Assembly (NCBI GenBank): GCA_030650425.1
Contig: JAUSED010000008.1
Span: 68,554-132,553 of the forward strand
From: Candidatus Omnitrophota bacterium
GTDB lineage: Bacteria; Omnitrophota; Gorgyraeia; Gygaellales; Profunditerraquicolaceae
DNA length: 64,000 bases
Direction: 5' to 3'
Below, piece after piece: positions 19,493-29,593 of the stretch; the stretch's first letter is position 1, and every line of letters starts with the position of its first letter. The position numbers and the translations under genes were made by a program. A model generated the notes under the pieces. That model saw nothing but the letters and a program-made list of their open reading frames with translations. It searched no databases and was not told where the DNA came from.

Positions 19493-20371
19493 GTGAGGAA
19501 GGTTATTCTGCTTGGGCATACTGGTTTTGTCGGGTCTCATTTATATAAGTCACTGGTCCAAACTTTACCTGAAGTGCCGCTTGTAGGATCTTCATTCCCG
19601 GAGCTTGACCTGACGCGATCCGAAAGCGTTGGTATATTAAAGGCGTTATTCGATCGGCATACAGTGGTTATCCTTTGTTCAGGCATTAAGCGGCAGTTTG
19701 GCGATAGCCCGGATATCTTTGAAAAAAATGTTGCGATGTGTTTGAATGTTGTCCGGGCGTTAGAGGTATCGCCGGTTGCCAGGATGGTCTTTTTTAGTTC
19801 TATGGCTGTTTATGGGGAAGACATCCATAATATTGGCATTGATGAGAATACGCCCATATGTCCACGATCTTACTACGGCCTTGCGAAATATGTAGGGGAA
19901 CTTGTTTTCGAACGTATCTTCAGCCGTCAGAATGGTTCTTACGTGGCTATACGCCTGCCGGTTATTTATGGTCCTGGGGATGGAGGCAATACCTATGGCC
20001 CGGCCGGGTTCTTGAAAGCTGCGATGGAGGGCCGGGTAGTCACGCTATGGGGCGATGGGGAGGAGCTAAGGGAGTTTATATTTATTGATGATGTTGTCGA
20101 AATTGTTAAACGCCTCTTGACGGTTGAGTATCAAGGTGTTGTGAATGTTACTGCCGGTAAAAGTTACTCGTTTAGGGACATTTTGAATATTCTTGATCGA
20201 CTTTTGCCGCAAGGCGTTCAAGTGGCATCGCGGGCTCGTTCCAAGGATAAGGTGGATAATGCCAGCTGTAACGCCAAAATTCAGCAGTGGACGGGTGGGT
20301 TTGTTTTTACGGCTCTTGAGGATGGTATTCGAAAAATGTTTGAAGTCGAAAAGTCGCGTGTTAAACCGTAG
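19493..20371 (+). CDS. NAD-dependent epimerase/dehydratase/reductase
   Basis: GHTGFVG, SSMAVYG, YGLAK and IYGPG motifs. Confidence 0.85.
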   Translation: MRKVILLGHTGFVGSHLYKSLVQTLPEVPLVGSSFPELDLTRSESVGILKALFDRHTVVILCSGIKRQFGDSPDIFEKNVAMCLNVVRALEVSPVARMVFFSSMAVYGEDIHNIGIDENTPICPRSYYGLAKYVGELVFERIFSRQNGSYVAIRLPVIYGPGDGGNTYGPAGFLKAAMEGRVVTLWGDGEELREFIFIDDVVEIVKRLLTVEYQGVVNVTAGKSYSFRDILNILDRLLPQGVQVASRARSKDKVDNASCNAKIQQWTGGFVFTALEDGIRKMFEVEKSRVKP

Positions 20372-20385
20372 CAGGCAGGTCTTCT

Positions 20386-21582
20386 ATGTTGCTTTGCAGG
20401 GCATGTTATTCCGAGAGCGTTTTCCCAATGCTTGATGTTGGATTGCAACCGTTGAGTAATCGGTTTGTTTGTATAAAAGGCGAAGAGGAGCCGCTTTTTC
20501 CTTTTAAGTGGAATTTATGCCGGCGTTGCGGGCTCGTTCAGTTTGATACTTCTGTGCCGGCTGATGAACTTAAGCCGCGTTTCAATTGGATCACCTACAG
20601 CGAACCCGAAGACCATTTAGATGATATGGTGGATATGCTTGAGGAATTACCTGGAATGACAACAAATTCGCTTCTTATGGGTGTGAGCTATAAAGATGAT
20701 ACAACGCTTCGCCGTTTTGAGAAGAAAGGCGTAACGCGCACAATTCGTATTGATCAAGCGGCTGACCTCGGCATTACGGATAGGTGCGCTGGAATAGAGA
20801 CACTGCAGAATCGTATTATTCCAGAGCGAATGCTCGAGGTTTCCGCTAAATATGGGCGGGTTAATATGGTTATTGTCCGCCAGGTGCTTGAGCATGCGGA
20901 GGATCTAAGGGCTTTTTTAAATGGTCTCAAAGAATTAATTGCGCCCGGCGGTTATGTTGTTATTGAGGTCCCTGATTCTTTACGCGCGATTGAACGTTGT
21001 GACTATACGATGCTTTGGGAGGAGCATGTTGTATATTTTACCCCATCAACCTTTCGCCGTTGCCTTAATGAGGCGGGATTCAATGTGGTGAATTTTATCG
21101 TTTATCCGTATACCTTTGAGGACTCTTTGGTTTGTGTTGCCCAGATCGGAAAACATGGCGGGGTGCAGCAAAAGGAAGAGGTGAAAAAGGCTTTGTTAGA
21201 TGCGGAACATTTCGCGAAAGAATTCAAGGGTTATGGTATTAAATTCAAAAATGCGCTGGAAGCATTTTATCGGGAAAAGGGTAAAATTGCCATATTTGGA
21301 GCCGGACACCAGGCCTGCGGCTACGTTAATTTTTTTGGCCTCACGGATCTGATCGACTTTGTGGTAGATGACAATCCTAATAAAAAGGAGCTTTTTATGC
21401 CGGGTTCGCAATTACCGATTCTGAGTTCCCGGGCTTTGTTGGAACGGGATATTAAACTATGCCTGTTGACGATTAATCCCATTCGCGAAGAGAACGTATT
21501 ATTACGTAATTGCGCTTTTGTTGGTCAGGGGGGCCAGTTTAGGTCCATTTTTTTGTCCAGCCGTCACGCATTTAAGTGCTAA
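20386..21582 (+). CDS. NDP-sugar C-methyltransferase family protein with a degenerate SAM motif
   Basis: CRAC...CRRC zinc site; QVLEH, EEHVVYF, FGAG and DDNPNK motifs. Confidence 0.75.
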   Translation: MLLCRACYSESVFPMLDVGLQPLSNRFVCIKGEEEPLFPFKWNLCRRCGLVQFDTSVPADELKPRFNWITYSEPEDHLDDMVDMLEELPGMTTNSLLMGVSYKDDTTLRRFEKKGVTRTIRIDQAADLGITDRCAGIETLQNRIIPERMLEVSAKYGRVNMVIVRQVLEHAEDLRAFLNGLKELIAPGGYVVIEVPDSLRAIERCDYTMLWEEHVVYFTPSTFRRCLNEAGFNVVNFIVYPYTFEDSLVCVAQIGKHGGVQQKEEVKKALLDAEHFAKEFKGYGIKFKNALEAFYREKGKIAIFGAGHQACGYVNFFGLTDLIDFVVDDNPNKKELFMPGSQLPILSSRALLERDIKLCLLTINPIREENVLLRNCAFVGQGGQFRSIFLSSRHAFKC

Positions 21583-21591
21583 GGAGGTTTG

Positions 21592-22101
21592 ATGGTTTAT
21601 AAAAAGATAAATGACGAAGTTTTGTATTCTGATGAGCAGATCGTTACGGTGAGCGCCTCTGACCTTGCGTTTTTGAAAGAAGCCGCTACGCACAATGTGC
21701 GTAAACGAATTCGTTTATGCACCCATACCGGGGTAAATGATAAAGTCCATGAAATGTTCATTGTCCATATGAAGGGCGCCTATGTTCGTCCGCATAAAAT
21801 TTTAGGTAAGAGTGAGTCATTCCAGGTTCTTGAGGGCGAGGTTGACGTTATTTTGTATGCCGATGATGGCCGCCTGACGCGGGTTATTAAGATGGGGGAT
21901 ATGGCTTCTGATAAGGCGTTTTATTATAGGCTTCCCGAGTCGGTCTTCCATACGCTTCGCGTCCGTTCCGAGGTGGTTTGTTTTAAGGAGGTCACGCTTG
22001 GCCCATTTATCTCTAATGGTACGATTTTTGCGCCGTGGTCGCCAGACCAGAATGATCTTTCTGGTGTGGCGAAGTTCTTAGAGAAGCTTAACGAGGCATA
22101 G
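21592..22101 (+). CDS. WbuC-family cupin-fold metalloprotein
   Basis: RKRIRLCTH, HEM, YVRPH, FHT, EVTLGPF and FAPWSP motifs; AGGAGG RBS. Confidence 0.85.
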   Translation: MVYKKINDEVLYSDEQIVTVSASDLAFLKEAATHNVRKRIRLCTHTGVNDKVHEMFIVHMKGAYVRPHKILGKSESFQVLEGEVDVILYADDGRLTRVIKMGDMASDKAFYYRLPESVFHTLRVRSEVVCFKEVTLGPFISNGTIFAPWSPDQNDLSGVAKFLEKLNEA

Positions 22102-22147
22102 ACTTTTAAAAGACTAGGGGAAACAGAGTAAATAAAAAGGAAAAAAG

Positions 22148-23398
22148 ATGAAAAAAGAATATTATAAAAGATCTACCTGCCGTCTATGTGATTCAACAAG
22201 GGTTTACTCCGGAGTAAAATTTGAGGCGACTCCGCCCGGCGATACTTTTGTAACACAAGCGGAGATTAACCGGGCACAAAAGAGATATCCTATTGATGTT
22301 TGTCTCTGCGAGGATTGCGGCAGTATTCAGCTTTTAGATGTGGTAAACCCAGAGATTCTTTATGGCCCTTATCTTTATCAGACATCCATCTCTCTGGGGT
22401 TGCCTGAGCATTTTCGCAGGTATGCAGATGAGGTTTTGGCTGCGGTAGCCATTAAGCCGGGCAGCCTGGTTATTGATATCGGCAGTAATGACGGGACCCT
22501 TTTGCGGTGTTTTCAGGAAAGAGGTATGAAGGTATTGGGGATAGATCCCGCGTCGGCGGCGGTTAAGACTGCCCTTGCAAGAGGGGTTGATACGATTCAG
22601 GCGTTCTTTGACCGAAACCTGGCCAGGAAAATACGCAGCGAGCGGGGAGATGTCGGGATCGTAGCTGCTAATAATGTGATTGCTAATGTTGATGCGCTGG
22701 GGGATTTCGTAGACGGCATCAGAGAACTTATTGAGCCTAACGGATATTTTGTGATGGAAACCGGCTGCGGGGCGTCCCTTCTTGAGAAACGATTAATTGA
22801 TGTGGTCTATCACGAGCACCTTTCTTATTTTACAGTAAAACCTTTGGAGGGTTTCTTTCGTCGGCATGGGATGAAGATTATTGATGCGTATTGGATTCCC
22901 TCTAAAGGGGGTTCGATTCGTTGTTTTGTTCAAGCGGATAAATCTTCGGCCATTCCGAAGCCGTCGGTTAGGGAGATGATTTATATGGAAGAAGATAAAG
23001 GCATTGGCACTATGGATTCGCTCCGCAAGATGGGCGTGTTTATCACGGAAAGAAAAAAAGGGTTAACATCTCTTCTTGATGGTCTTCGGGCGCAGGGAAA
23101 GACGATCGTTGGTTACGGCGCTTCTGTTGGCGTGACCACGCTCTTGTACCTCTTTGGTTTGGATAAGTACCTGGATTATCTGGTTGATGATGATGCAACG
23201 CGATTTGAGCGTTTTTCTCCCGGGCAGCATATCCCGGTGTATTCGTCGGTTGTCCTTAATGAAAAAAACCCCGATTATGTCCTTATTTTAGCGTGGCGCT
23301 ATACAGACCCGATTATGAAACGCCACGAAAAATATATCCAGCAGGGAGGAAGGTTTATTTCACTTTTGCCCGAGTTAAAGATTTTCGGTGTTTCTTAA
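22148..23398 (+). CDS. NDP-hexose C-methyltransferase (zinc-binding, TcaB9/NovU-like)
   Basis: CRLC...CEDC; DIGSNDG, YHEHLSYF, GGSIR, GYGAS and ILAWRY motifs. Confidence 0.88.
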   Translation: MKKEYYKRSTCRLCDSTRVYSGVKFEATPPGDTFVTQAEINRAQKRYPIDVCLCEDCGSIQLLDVVNPEILYGPYLYQTSISLGLPEHFRRYADEVLAAVAIKPGSLVIDIGSNDGTLLRCFQERGMKVLGIDPASAAVKTALARGVDTIQAFFDRNLARKIRSERGDVGIVAANNVIANVDALGDFVDGIRELIEPNGYFVMETGCGASLLEKRLIDVVYHEHLSYFTVKPLEGFFRRHGMKIIDAYWIPSKGGSIRCFVQADKSSAIPKPSVREMIYMEEDKGIGTMDSLRKMGVFITERKKGLTSLLDGLRAQGKTIVGYGASVGVTTLLYLFGLDKYLDYLVDDDATRFERFSPGQHIPVYSSVVLNEKNPDYVLILAWRYTDPIMKRHEKYIQQGGRFISLLPELKIFGVS

Positions 23399-23419
23399 TG
23401 ATTTTTTGGAGGGAGTTAC

Positions 23420-24571
23420 TTGAAGAAGGCAAAAAGTTTTTTAGAGTTTTATGGTGAGCATAATATTTCTCCTGTTCGGCAGGATTTATCCGATTATCTG
23501 AAGCATCGCCTCCGGAGAGAATGTTTGTATAGGCACTTAGGTTTATTACCGAGTTATTTTACAGGAAAGAAGATTTTGGAATTCGGCCCGGGAGGCGGAT
23601 TCAATTCCCTTATTATTGCGGATTTTGGTCCAAGACAGTATACTTTAGTGGAAGGGAATCCACAGGGAGTAAGGGAGATAAAGGCTAATTTTAAAAAGCA
23701 TCCTTTATTAAATTTTGGCCGGTTCAAGGTAGTTCACTCTAAGGTAGAGGATTATTCAACCAAAGAATTATTCGATATCGCTATTTGTGAATGCATGGTT
23801 CCTCATTCCAAGAATCAGGCGGTCATCTTGAATAAGCTGGATTCTTTATTGCTCCCGAAGGGAGTTATGATTGTGACTTGCGAAGATGAAATATCTTCTT
23901 TTTATGAATTTATTAAGCGGTATTTTGCCTTTCAGCTCGTAAAGGATGTTGTCGGTTTTGAAAACAAGGTTTCTATTTTGGTTGAGGCATTTGAGCGCCA
24001 TAAGAAAACCTTACTCGGTAGCAGCAGGTATACCCGTGATTGGGTTATAGATACTTTTTTAAACGAAGCGGTTTTTAATCCGTTATTTTCCATTAAGGAT
24101 TGCCTTGCCTCTTTGGGGAAAAAATATCTGGTTTACCATACCTCTCCGATGATTTTTACCGATTATCGATGGTACAAATCTATCCCTGAAGATCGCAAAA
24201 GTTTTAATAATTATGTCATAGAGGAATTTGATACAATCCGGCATAATTTATTTTTTACGAATAAAAATTTTAATAAGCGCACAAAAATTAAGAACGATAA
24301 GTTATCTAAGCTTTGCTGGCAAGCCAGGAGGTTAATTTATCTTAATGAAATGAAAGGATTGGATGTAAAAAAAAGCATGCTTGAGGTTATTTCCGGATTA
24401 ATATCTAATTTAAAAGACACAGACAATGACGTCCTTGGGTCTCTAAGGGATATTCGGGAACTCTTGAAGATGAAAATACAAGTTAAGGATATCAGTCAAA
24501 AGTATCCATTGTTTATAAAAGCCTTTGGAAAAGTGTCACAATACATAAGCCTGATAAAAAATCATGAATAA
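23420..24571 (+). CDS. Class I SAM-dependent methyltransferase
   Basis: ILEFGPGGG motif I; FDIAICE. Confidence 0.75.
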   Translation: MKKAKSFLEFYGEHNISPVRQDLSDYLKHRLRRECLYRHLGLLPSYFTGKKILEFGPGGGFNSLIIADFGPRQYTLVEGNPQGVREIKANFKKHPLLNFGRFKVVHSKVEDYSTKELFDIAICECMVPHSKNQAVILNKLDSLLLPKGVMIVTCEDEISSFYEFIKRYFAFQLVKDVVGFENKVSILVEAFERHKKTLLGSSRYTRDWVIDTFLNEAVFNPLFSIKDCLASLGKKYLVYHTSPMIFTDYRWYKSIPEDRKSFNNYVIEEFDTIRHNLFFTNKNFNKRTKIKNDKLSKLCWQARRLIYLNEMKGLDVKKSMLEVISGLISNLKDTDNDVLGSLRDIRELLKMKIQVKDISQKYPLFIKAFGKVSQYISLIKNHE

Positions 24572-25310
24572 ACATATTCTGATTATTGGCGGTACCAGGG
24601 GGTTGGGTAAAGTATTGGTTAAGAATCTTTTAAAAAAGAAATACGTTTTGTCTGTAGTTGGCCGAACAGCCGCCTTCTCCCGGCGCGCTCACCCCGGGAT
24701 AGTTTATTGGCCATATGATTTACGGCATACCCAAAATATCCCCAGGCTTATTTCGCGTATTTTAAAGGCAAAAGGCAAGCTTGACAGCATCGTTTTTCTG
24801 CAAAGATTTAGAGGACAGGGAGACGCTTGGCAGGGAGAAATAGATGTTAGTCTGACCGCAACTAAGATTATTATTGATAGCGCGGCAGGGCATTTTAATA
24901 AAAAAGGGAATAAGACAATTGTGATTGTAAGCTCTATTGCGGGCTCATTAATTGTAGAAGACCAACCTTTAAGTTACCATGTGGGGAAAGCAGCCTTGAA
25001 CCAGATGGTCAGATTTTATGCTGTTAAGTTAGCCGTAAAGGGAGTGCGGGTTAACGGGGTCTCTCCGACATTGGTCCTAAAGCCCGAGTCAAAACAGTTT
25101 TATTTAAAGGATAAGGGCCTCTACAATTTATATAAGGCGGTCCACCCTTTAAATAAAATAAATACGGCGGAAGAAGTAGCCGATATTATTGAATTCCTTA
25201 TGCATGACAAATCCAGGGCAATTTCCGGTCAAAACATTGTTGTTGACGGAGCCTTATCTTTGCAGGGACACGAAAGCCTGGCTGTAAAATTAAATAATTT
25301 TGGGGAATAA
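24564..25310 (+). CDS. Short-chain dehydrogenase/reductase
   Basis: GGTRGLG, YHVGKAAL, RVNGVSP and SGQNIVVDG motifs. Confidence 0.88.
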   Translation: MNKHILIIGGTRGLGKVLVKNLLKKKYVLSVVGRTAAFSRRAHPGIVYWPYDLRHTQNIPRLISRILKAKGKLDSIVFLQRFRGQGDAWQGEIDVSLTATKIIIDSAAGHFNKKGNKTIVIVSSIAGSLIVEDQPLSYHVGKAALNQMVRFYAVKLAVKGVRVNGVSPTLVLKPESKQFYLKDKGLYNLYKAVHPLNKINTAEEVADIIEFLMHDKSRAISGQNIVVDGALSLQGHESLAVKLNNFGE

Positions 25311-25333
25311 AGGTTGGTTAAACGGCGGAGGTT

Positions 25334-26587
25334 ATGCAAAATCTCCATAAAAGGATAAATTTGATTAGGAAGATTTATTTGTTGAGTAAAAAAATTTGTT
25401 TCTTCATTTTGGCTATGCCTTTTATTATGGTTATGTCAATATTACGGCCGTTTATCTTAGTACGTTTAGGGCTTGTTGATATTGGGCGCTTTGGTGGCGT
25501 GTATGACGCCGAATGGTATTTGGCTGAACGGGCTGCGGGTATTCATCAAAAAAGAAGTTTTGATCTATTTTTTTTCTTTCGCTCTACAGGGATTATCTCT
25601 AATCAGTTTTGGGAAAAATTATGGAAACGGACATTAAATGTTTTTCCTTTTTGGCGGCTTGGGTACACTTTATATACATTATGCCATAAATTTCAGGTGC
25701 TTCATGTACATATTATACCCCTGGATGATGTCAGGCCAATTTATGGAAAAGAATATAAGGGATTTATAACACATCATTGTATTTTAAAGCATTACCAGCC
25801 CCCTGTTTTATTTACCCCTGAGGAAGAATTATTGGGGAAAGACGCTTTGGAGCATTTTGGTATTTCGCAGAGCAAGCCTTTTATATGTTTTCATGCAAGG
25901 GATTCTGCTTATTTGGAAAGGATAGCGCCTAATTGCGATTGGCGGTATCACGGTTATAGAGATTCGGATATTAAAAATTATATTCCGGCGGCAGAAGAAC
26001 TGATGCGCCGCGGTTATTATACCGTCAGAATGGGGGTTTTTGTAAAAGAGAAGTTATCTCTTGAAAATCCTTTGTTTATCGATTATGCCATGAATGGCAA
26101 GCGGACAGAATTTTTGGATATATATTTGGGAGCAAAATGCCGTTTCTTTGTCTGTTCTGATACCGGCATATCTATGGTCCCTGAAGTTTTTAGGAGGCCG
26201 TTGGTCTATGTAAACTGGGTGCCTTTACTACGCTGCCCCGCATTCTATGTCCATAATGCTTTATTGATTCCTAAAAAGTTTATTTTAAAAAAAGAAAAAC
26301 GCGAGCTGACATTTCGGGAGATTATTTTTTCACCAATAGGAAGCACGTTTGAAAAGGGAGTTTTTGACCGGATGGGGATAGAGTTAATAGAGAATACGCC
26401 GGAGGAAATTACAGCTGTAGCCTTGGAAATGGATGAACGTTTTAATGGTAGATGGAAAACAACAGATGAAGATGAGGAGTTGCAGCGGCGTTTTTGGAAA
26501 CTTTTTGAGTCGTACGAATTAAATAATCCCGGCGTTAGAATAGGCGCTGAATTTTTACGCCAGCACAAATATTTATTGGATAATTAA
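25334..26587 (+). CDS. Putative glycosyltransferase, TIGR04372-like
   Basis: CFHARDSAY, YRDSDIKNY, VRMG, IDYA and ENTPEEI pattern. Confidence 0.75.
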   Translation: MQNLHKRINLIRKIYLLSKKICFFILAMPFIMVMSILRPFILVRLGLVDIGRFGGVYDAEWYLAERAAGIHQKRSFDLFFFFRSTGIISNQFWEKLWKRTLNVFPFWRLGYTLYTLCHKFQVLHVHIIPLDDVRPIYGKEYKGFITHHCILKHYQPPVLFTPEEELLGKDALEHFGISQSKPFICFHARDSAYLERIAPNCDWRYHGYRDSDIKNYIPAAEELMRRGYYTVRMGVFVKEKLSLENPLFIDYAMNGKRTEFLDIYLGAKCRFFVCSDTGISMVPEVFRRPLVYVNWVPLLRCPAFYVHNALLIPKKFILKKEKRELTFREIIFSPIGSTFEKGVFDRMGIELIENTPEEITAVALEMDERFNGRWKTTDEDEELQRRFWKLFESYELNNPGVRIGAEFLRQHKYLLDN

Positions 26588-26595
26588 TAACCCTT

Positions 26596-28188
26596 ATGGC
26601 GATTGTTAAGAAAATTTATTTATTTTTTAAGCATCAGGCCGATGATCTTCAAGAAGGCGGCCTGTGCGTCTTTTTTAGAAAAGTTAAAAAGTTTCCGCAA
26701 CTCTTCCTCTTGCGGATTTTTGCTCCGTTGGCGGTTAAGTGGGGTATTCATTGGCCAAAGGCGTATCTTTTTATGGCCTATAAGTTTATAAAACAATATA
26801 AGACTACGCGTGTAAGCCATCGCGTAAATAGAAAAGAATTAGAAGCCCTTTCCGAGAAGTCTATAAATTATATGAAGAAATATATTGGATATAAACCAAT
26901 CGCGGCTAATTTATCTGACTGGATTAACGCAAACAATGGATTGAGTTTCTTTCTCTGGGATAAGGGCGATATTAATGAAACGATTCAAAGTATAAATAGA
27001 GTCATGGAGATACAAAATACAATATGCCGAGAGCATCAATTGGATAAATTGGATATCGTTTTTATCCCGCGGGCATTTGCGATAGGGGCAATCGGTCCTT
27101 ATGAGAATGTTTACTCATATATTAAGGCAGGAATCCTTGGCCTGCGTCCTCCTCAAAAGATGATTCTGCTGCTGGAGCCCGACGCGCAAGTTAACAACAG
27201 GCATTATTTAAATTATTTTAAGCAATACATTTCAATTATAACGGATACCAGGCTTATTGAGCTGCTTTCTCCTTTAGAGAAGTTTTTGGCTGTTCCTTTG
27301 GGTTTAATTATGCCTATTTACGGGAAAGGCTTTATAAGCCATCTTTCTTTTGGTTTAATTCAAGAGCAATGGCATAAAGAGAAGCGCACGCCGTTGCTCA
27401 CTCTTTTAAATACAGATCGCCAACGCGGCTGGCAGCATTTAATATCTTTGGGGGTTCCTCAGGGGGCCTGGTTTGTGTGTTTGCATGTAAGAGAATCGGG
27501 ATGGCGCGATGAGGGGTCTATTTCAGAAGATTACCGGAATGCCGACATCAATACCTACATACCGGCGATAAAGGCGATTACTTCTGCCGGCGGTTGGGTT
27601 ATTCGTATAGGTGATCCGGGGATGAAGCCATTGCCTGAAATGTCTCAGGTTATTGATTATGCGCATAGTAATATTAAAAGCGATTGGATGGATGTGTTTT
27701 TATGCGCAGAATGCCGGTTTTTTATCGGGACATCTTCCGGGCCATTTACTTTGGCGGTAGCCTTTGGAGTCCCTGTTTTGGTAACGAATCTGCTGCCCGG
27801 GCATGCCCTATATCATCTATCCAGTAAAGATCTATTTCTTCCGAGGCTTTGCTGGTTAGAAGATGAAAAACGTTATCTTAATTTTAGAGAGTTAATCGCT
27901 CCACCGGTAGGAATGGCCAGTTCAAAAACTTCTTTTGAGAAACTGCATCTTAATATTGTGCCTAATGATGCCGAGGAAATTAAGGATTTAGTTATAGAGA
28001 TGTTAGAAAAATGTGCTGGCAAATTAAAATATAGCGATGAAGAAGAAAATTTACAGAGATGTTTTAAAATGATGGCTGCCGAATGCGGCAAACTTTACGG
28101 TGACGAAAGGATCGTTTGTAATGCGCGCATAGGAAGATATTTTTTATCTCGACATGCGCCACTCTTATGGAGGGGACAAAATGATTGA
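26596..28188 (+). CDS. Putative glycosyltransferase, TIGR04372-like, with an N-terminal extension
   Basis: WFVCLHVRE, RNADINTY, VIRIGD, IDYAHS, DWMDVFL and GTSSG motifs. Confidence 0.78.
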   Translation: MAIVKKIYLFFKHQADDLQEGGLCVFFRKVKKFPQLFLLRIFAPLAVKWGIHWPKAYLFMAYKFIKQYKTTRVSHRVNRKELEALSEKSINYMKKYIGYKPIAANLSDWINANNGLSFFLWDKGDINETIQSINRVMEIQNTICREHQLDKLDIVFIPRAFAIGAIGPYENVYSYIKAGILGLRPPQKMILLLEPDAQVNNRHYLNYFKQYISIITDTRLIELLSPLEKFLAVPLGLIMPIYGKGFISHLSFGLIQEQWHKEKRTPLLTLLNTDRQRGWQHLISLGVPQGAWFVCLHVRESGWRDEGSISEDYRNADINTYIPAIKAITSAGGWVIRIGDPGMKPLPEMSQVIDYAHSNIKSDWMDVFLCAECRFFIGTSSGPFTLAVAFGVPVLVTNLLPGHALYHLSSKDLFLPRLCWLEDEKRYLNFRELIAPPVGMASSKTSFEKLHLNIVPNDAEEIKDLVIEMLEKCAGKLKYSDEEENLQRCFKMMAAECGKLYGDERIVCNARIGRYFLSRHAPLLWRGQND

Positions 28189-29593
28189 GCCAAAGAATAG
28201 GTTAAAACGTTTAATTAATATTTATCTGGGATTGTTTGTTCTCTTGAGCCTTTTTGCAGTAGTGTACACCGTTTTTACAAACTATGCTGCGCATGAAAAA
28301 ATTCTCAACAAATCTTTAATCGCAACTCTTTCTTTTGCTATTGTCACGGCAGCGCTGTTTTTTTTGGACGCGAAAAAGAGAGCCAATGCCGCGTTAATGC
28401 ATTTTTCGATACTTTTCTCTCTATTTTTAATCAATCTGTTGTTTGAAATTCCGTTAGATCAAGGCAACATTGAACGCGCGGCAAAGCGCACAGGCATTAA
28501 ATGGGATAAAAGAAATAAATATGAGGTTGTAGATGCTCTTAGGAAAAAGGATATTACGGCATTTCCTACTGCATTTTTTCCGGCTTTTGTCGGCGAGGAG
28601 GGTTTCTTTACGGAGAAATTCGGGCTTAAATTGGATAACCTTTTTCCGCTAAGCGGAGTTGCCAATGTTGAAACGGTGCTATCCAATGAAACCGGGGAAT
28701 GGATAATTTATAAGTCGGATAGATATGGATTTAACAATGACGATAGTGTTTATGAAAAAAGCGGCCGGCCTATTCTTATTGTGGGTGATTCTTTTGCGCA
28801 AGGCATAAGCGTTCCTCAAAAAGATAGTGTTGCCGGTAATCTTTTACATAGAGGTTACAAAGCTATCAGTTTGGGCACAGGAGGCAGCGGGCCGCTAATT
28901 GAACTGGCCGCAATAAAAGAGTATGGGCCTTATCTAAAACCTAAAATAATATTGTGGTTCTATTATGAAGGGAACAATTACCTCCATTTACCTAAGGAAT
29001 ATAGGTATCCTGCGTTGAACAAGTATCTTGAGAAGGGATATTCGCAGCACTTAATTAATAGACAGCCGGAGATAGATCAATTTTGGGCCGATTTTTTTGC
29101 TAAAGCAGAAAAATACCTTAAAAACGAAAAGGAGAGTGTTGTATTCTGGAGGAAGGCAAGCTCCAAGAAGCTGCTTAAGGGCTTAATTCTAAGAATGGTT
29201 ACATTACACAATATCAGAAAGATTGCAGGGGTTTCAAGGCATAGCTATCTTTTTGAAGGGGTAGATAGGTCGGGTTTTGACACAACGGAGCCAATGTTCA
29301 GGAATGTTATGAAAATAGCTAAGGAGGAGGCGGAGGGCTTAGGCGCCAAACTATATTTTGTATATCTCCCGAACTATGCAAGTTTTTTTAACCAGAAAAT
29401 TCTGCTATCGCCAAGTTCCCAGACAGTCCGGAAGATTATAGCTGAATTGGATATCCCTGTTATTGATTTTTATAAATGCTTAAAGGATACCGGAGATCCG
29501 AACGAGTTTTTTCCGTTTCGGCTAGGCGGCCATTATAGCGTTAAAGGGTATAATTTATTAGCGAATCTTATTGAAGAGGAGGCGTTAAAGTGA
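28181..29593 (+). CDS. Membrane-anchored SGNH/GDSL hydrolase-like protein (possible glycan O-acyl tailoring)
   Basis: Three N-terminal hydrophobic helices; VGDSFAQG block I and GGHYS; GGAGG RBS before ATG 28181. Confidence 0.7.
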   Translation: MIEPKNRLKRLINIYLGLFVLLSLFAVVYTVFTNYAAHEKILNKSLIATLSFAIVTAALFFLDAKKRANAALMHFSILFSLFLINLLFEIPLDQGNIERAAKRTGIKWDKRNKYEVVDALRKKDITAFPTAFFPAFVGEEGFFTEKFGLKLDNLFPLSGVANVETVLSNETGEWIIYKSDRYGFNNDDSVYEKSGRPILIVGDSFAQGISVPQKDSVAGNLLHRGYKAISLGTGGSGPLIELAAIKEYGPYLKPKIILWFYYEGNNYLHLPKEYRYPALNKYLEKGYSQHLINRQPEIDQFWADFFAKAEKYLKNEKESVVFWRKASSKKLLKGLILRMVTLHNIRKIAGVSRHSYLFEGVDRSGFDTTEPMFRNVMKIAKEEAEGLGAKLYFVYLPNYASFFNQKILLSPSSQTVRKIIAELDIPVIDFYKCLKDTGDPNEFFPFRLGGHYSVKGYNLLANLIEEEALK

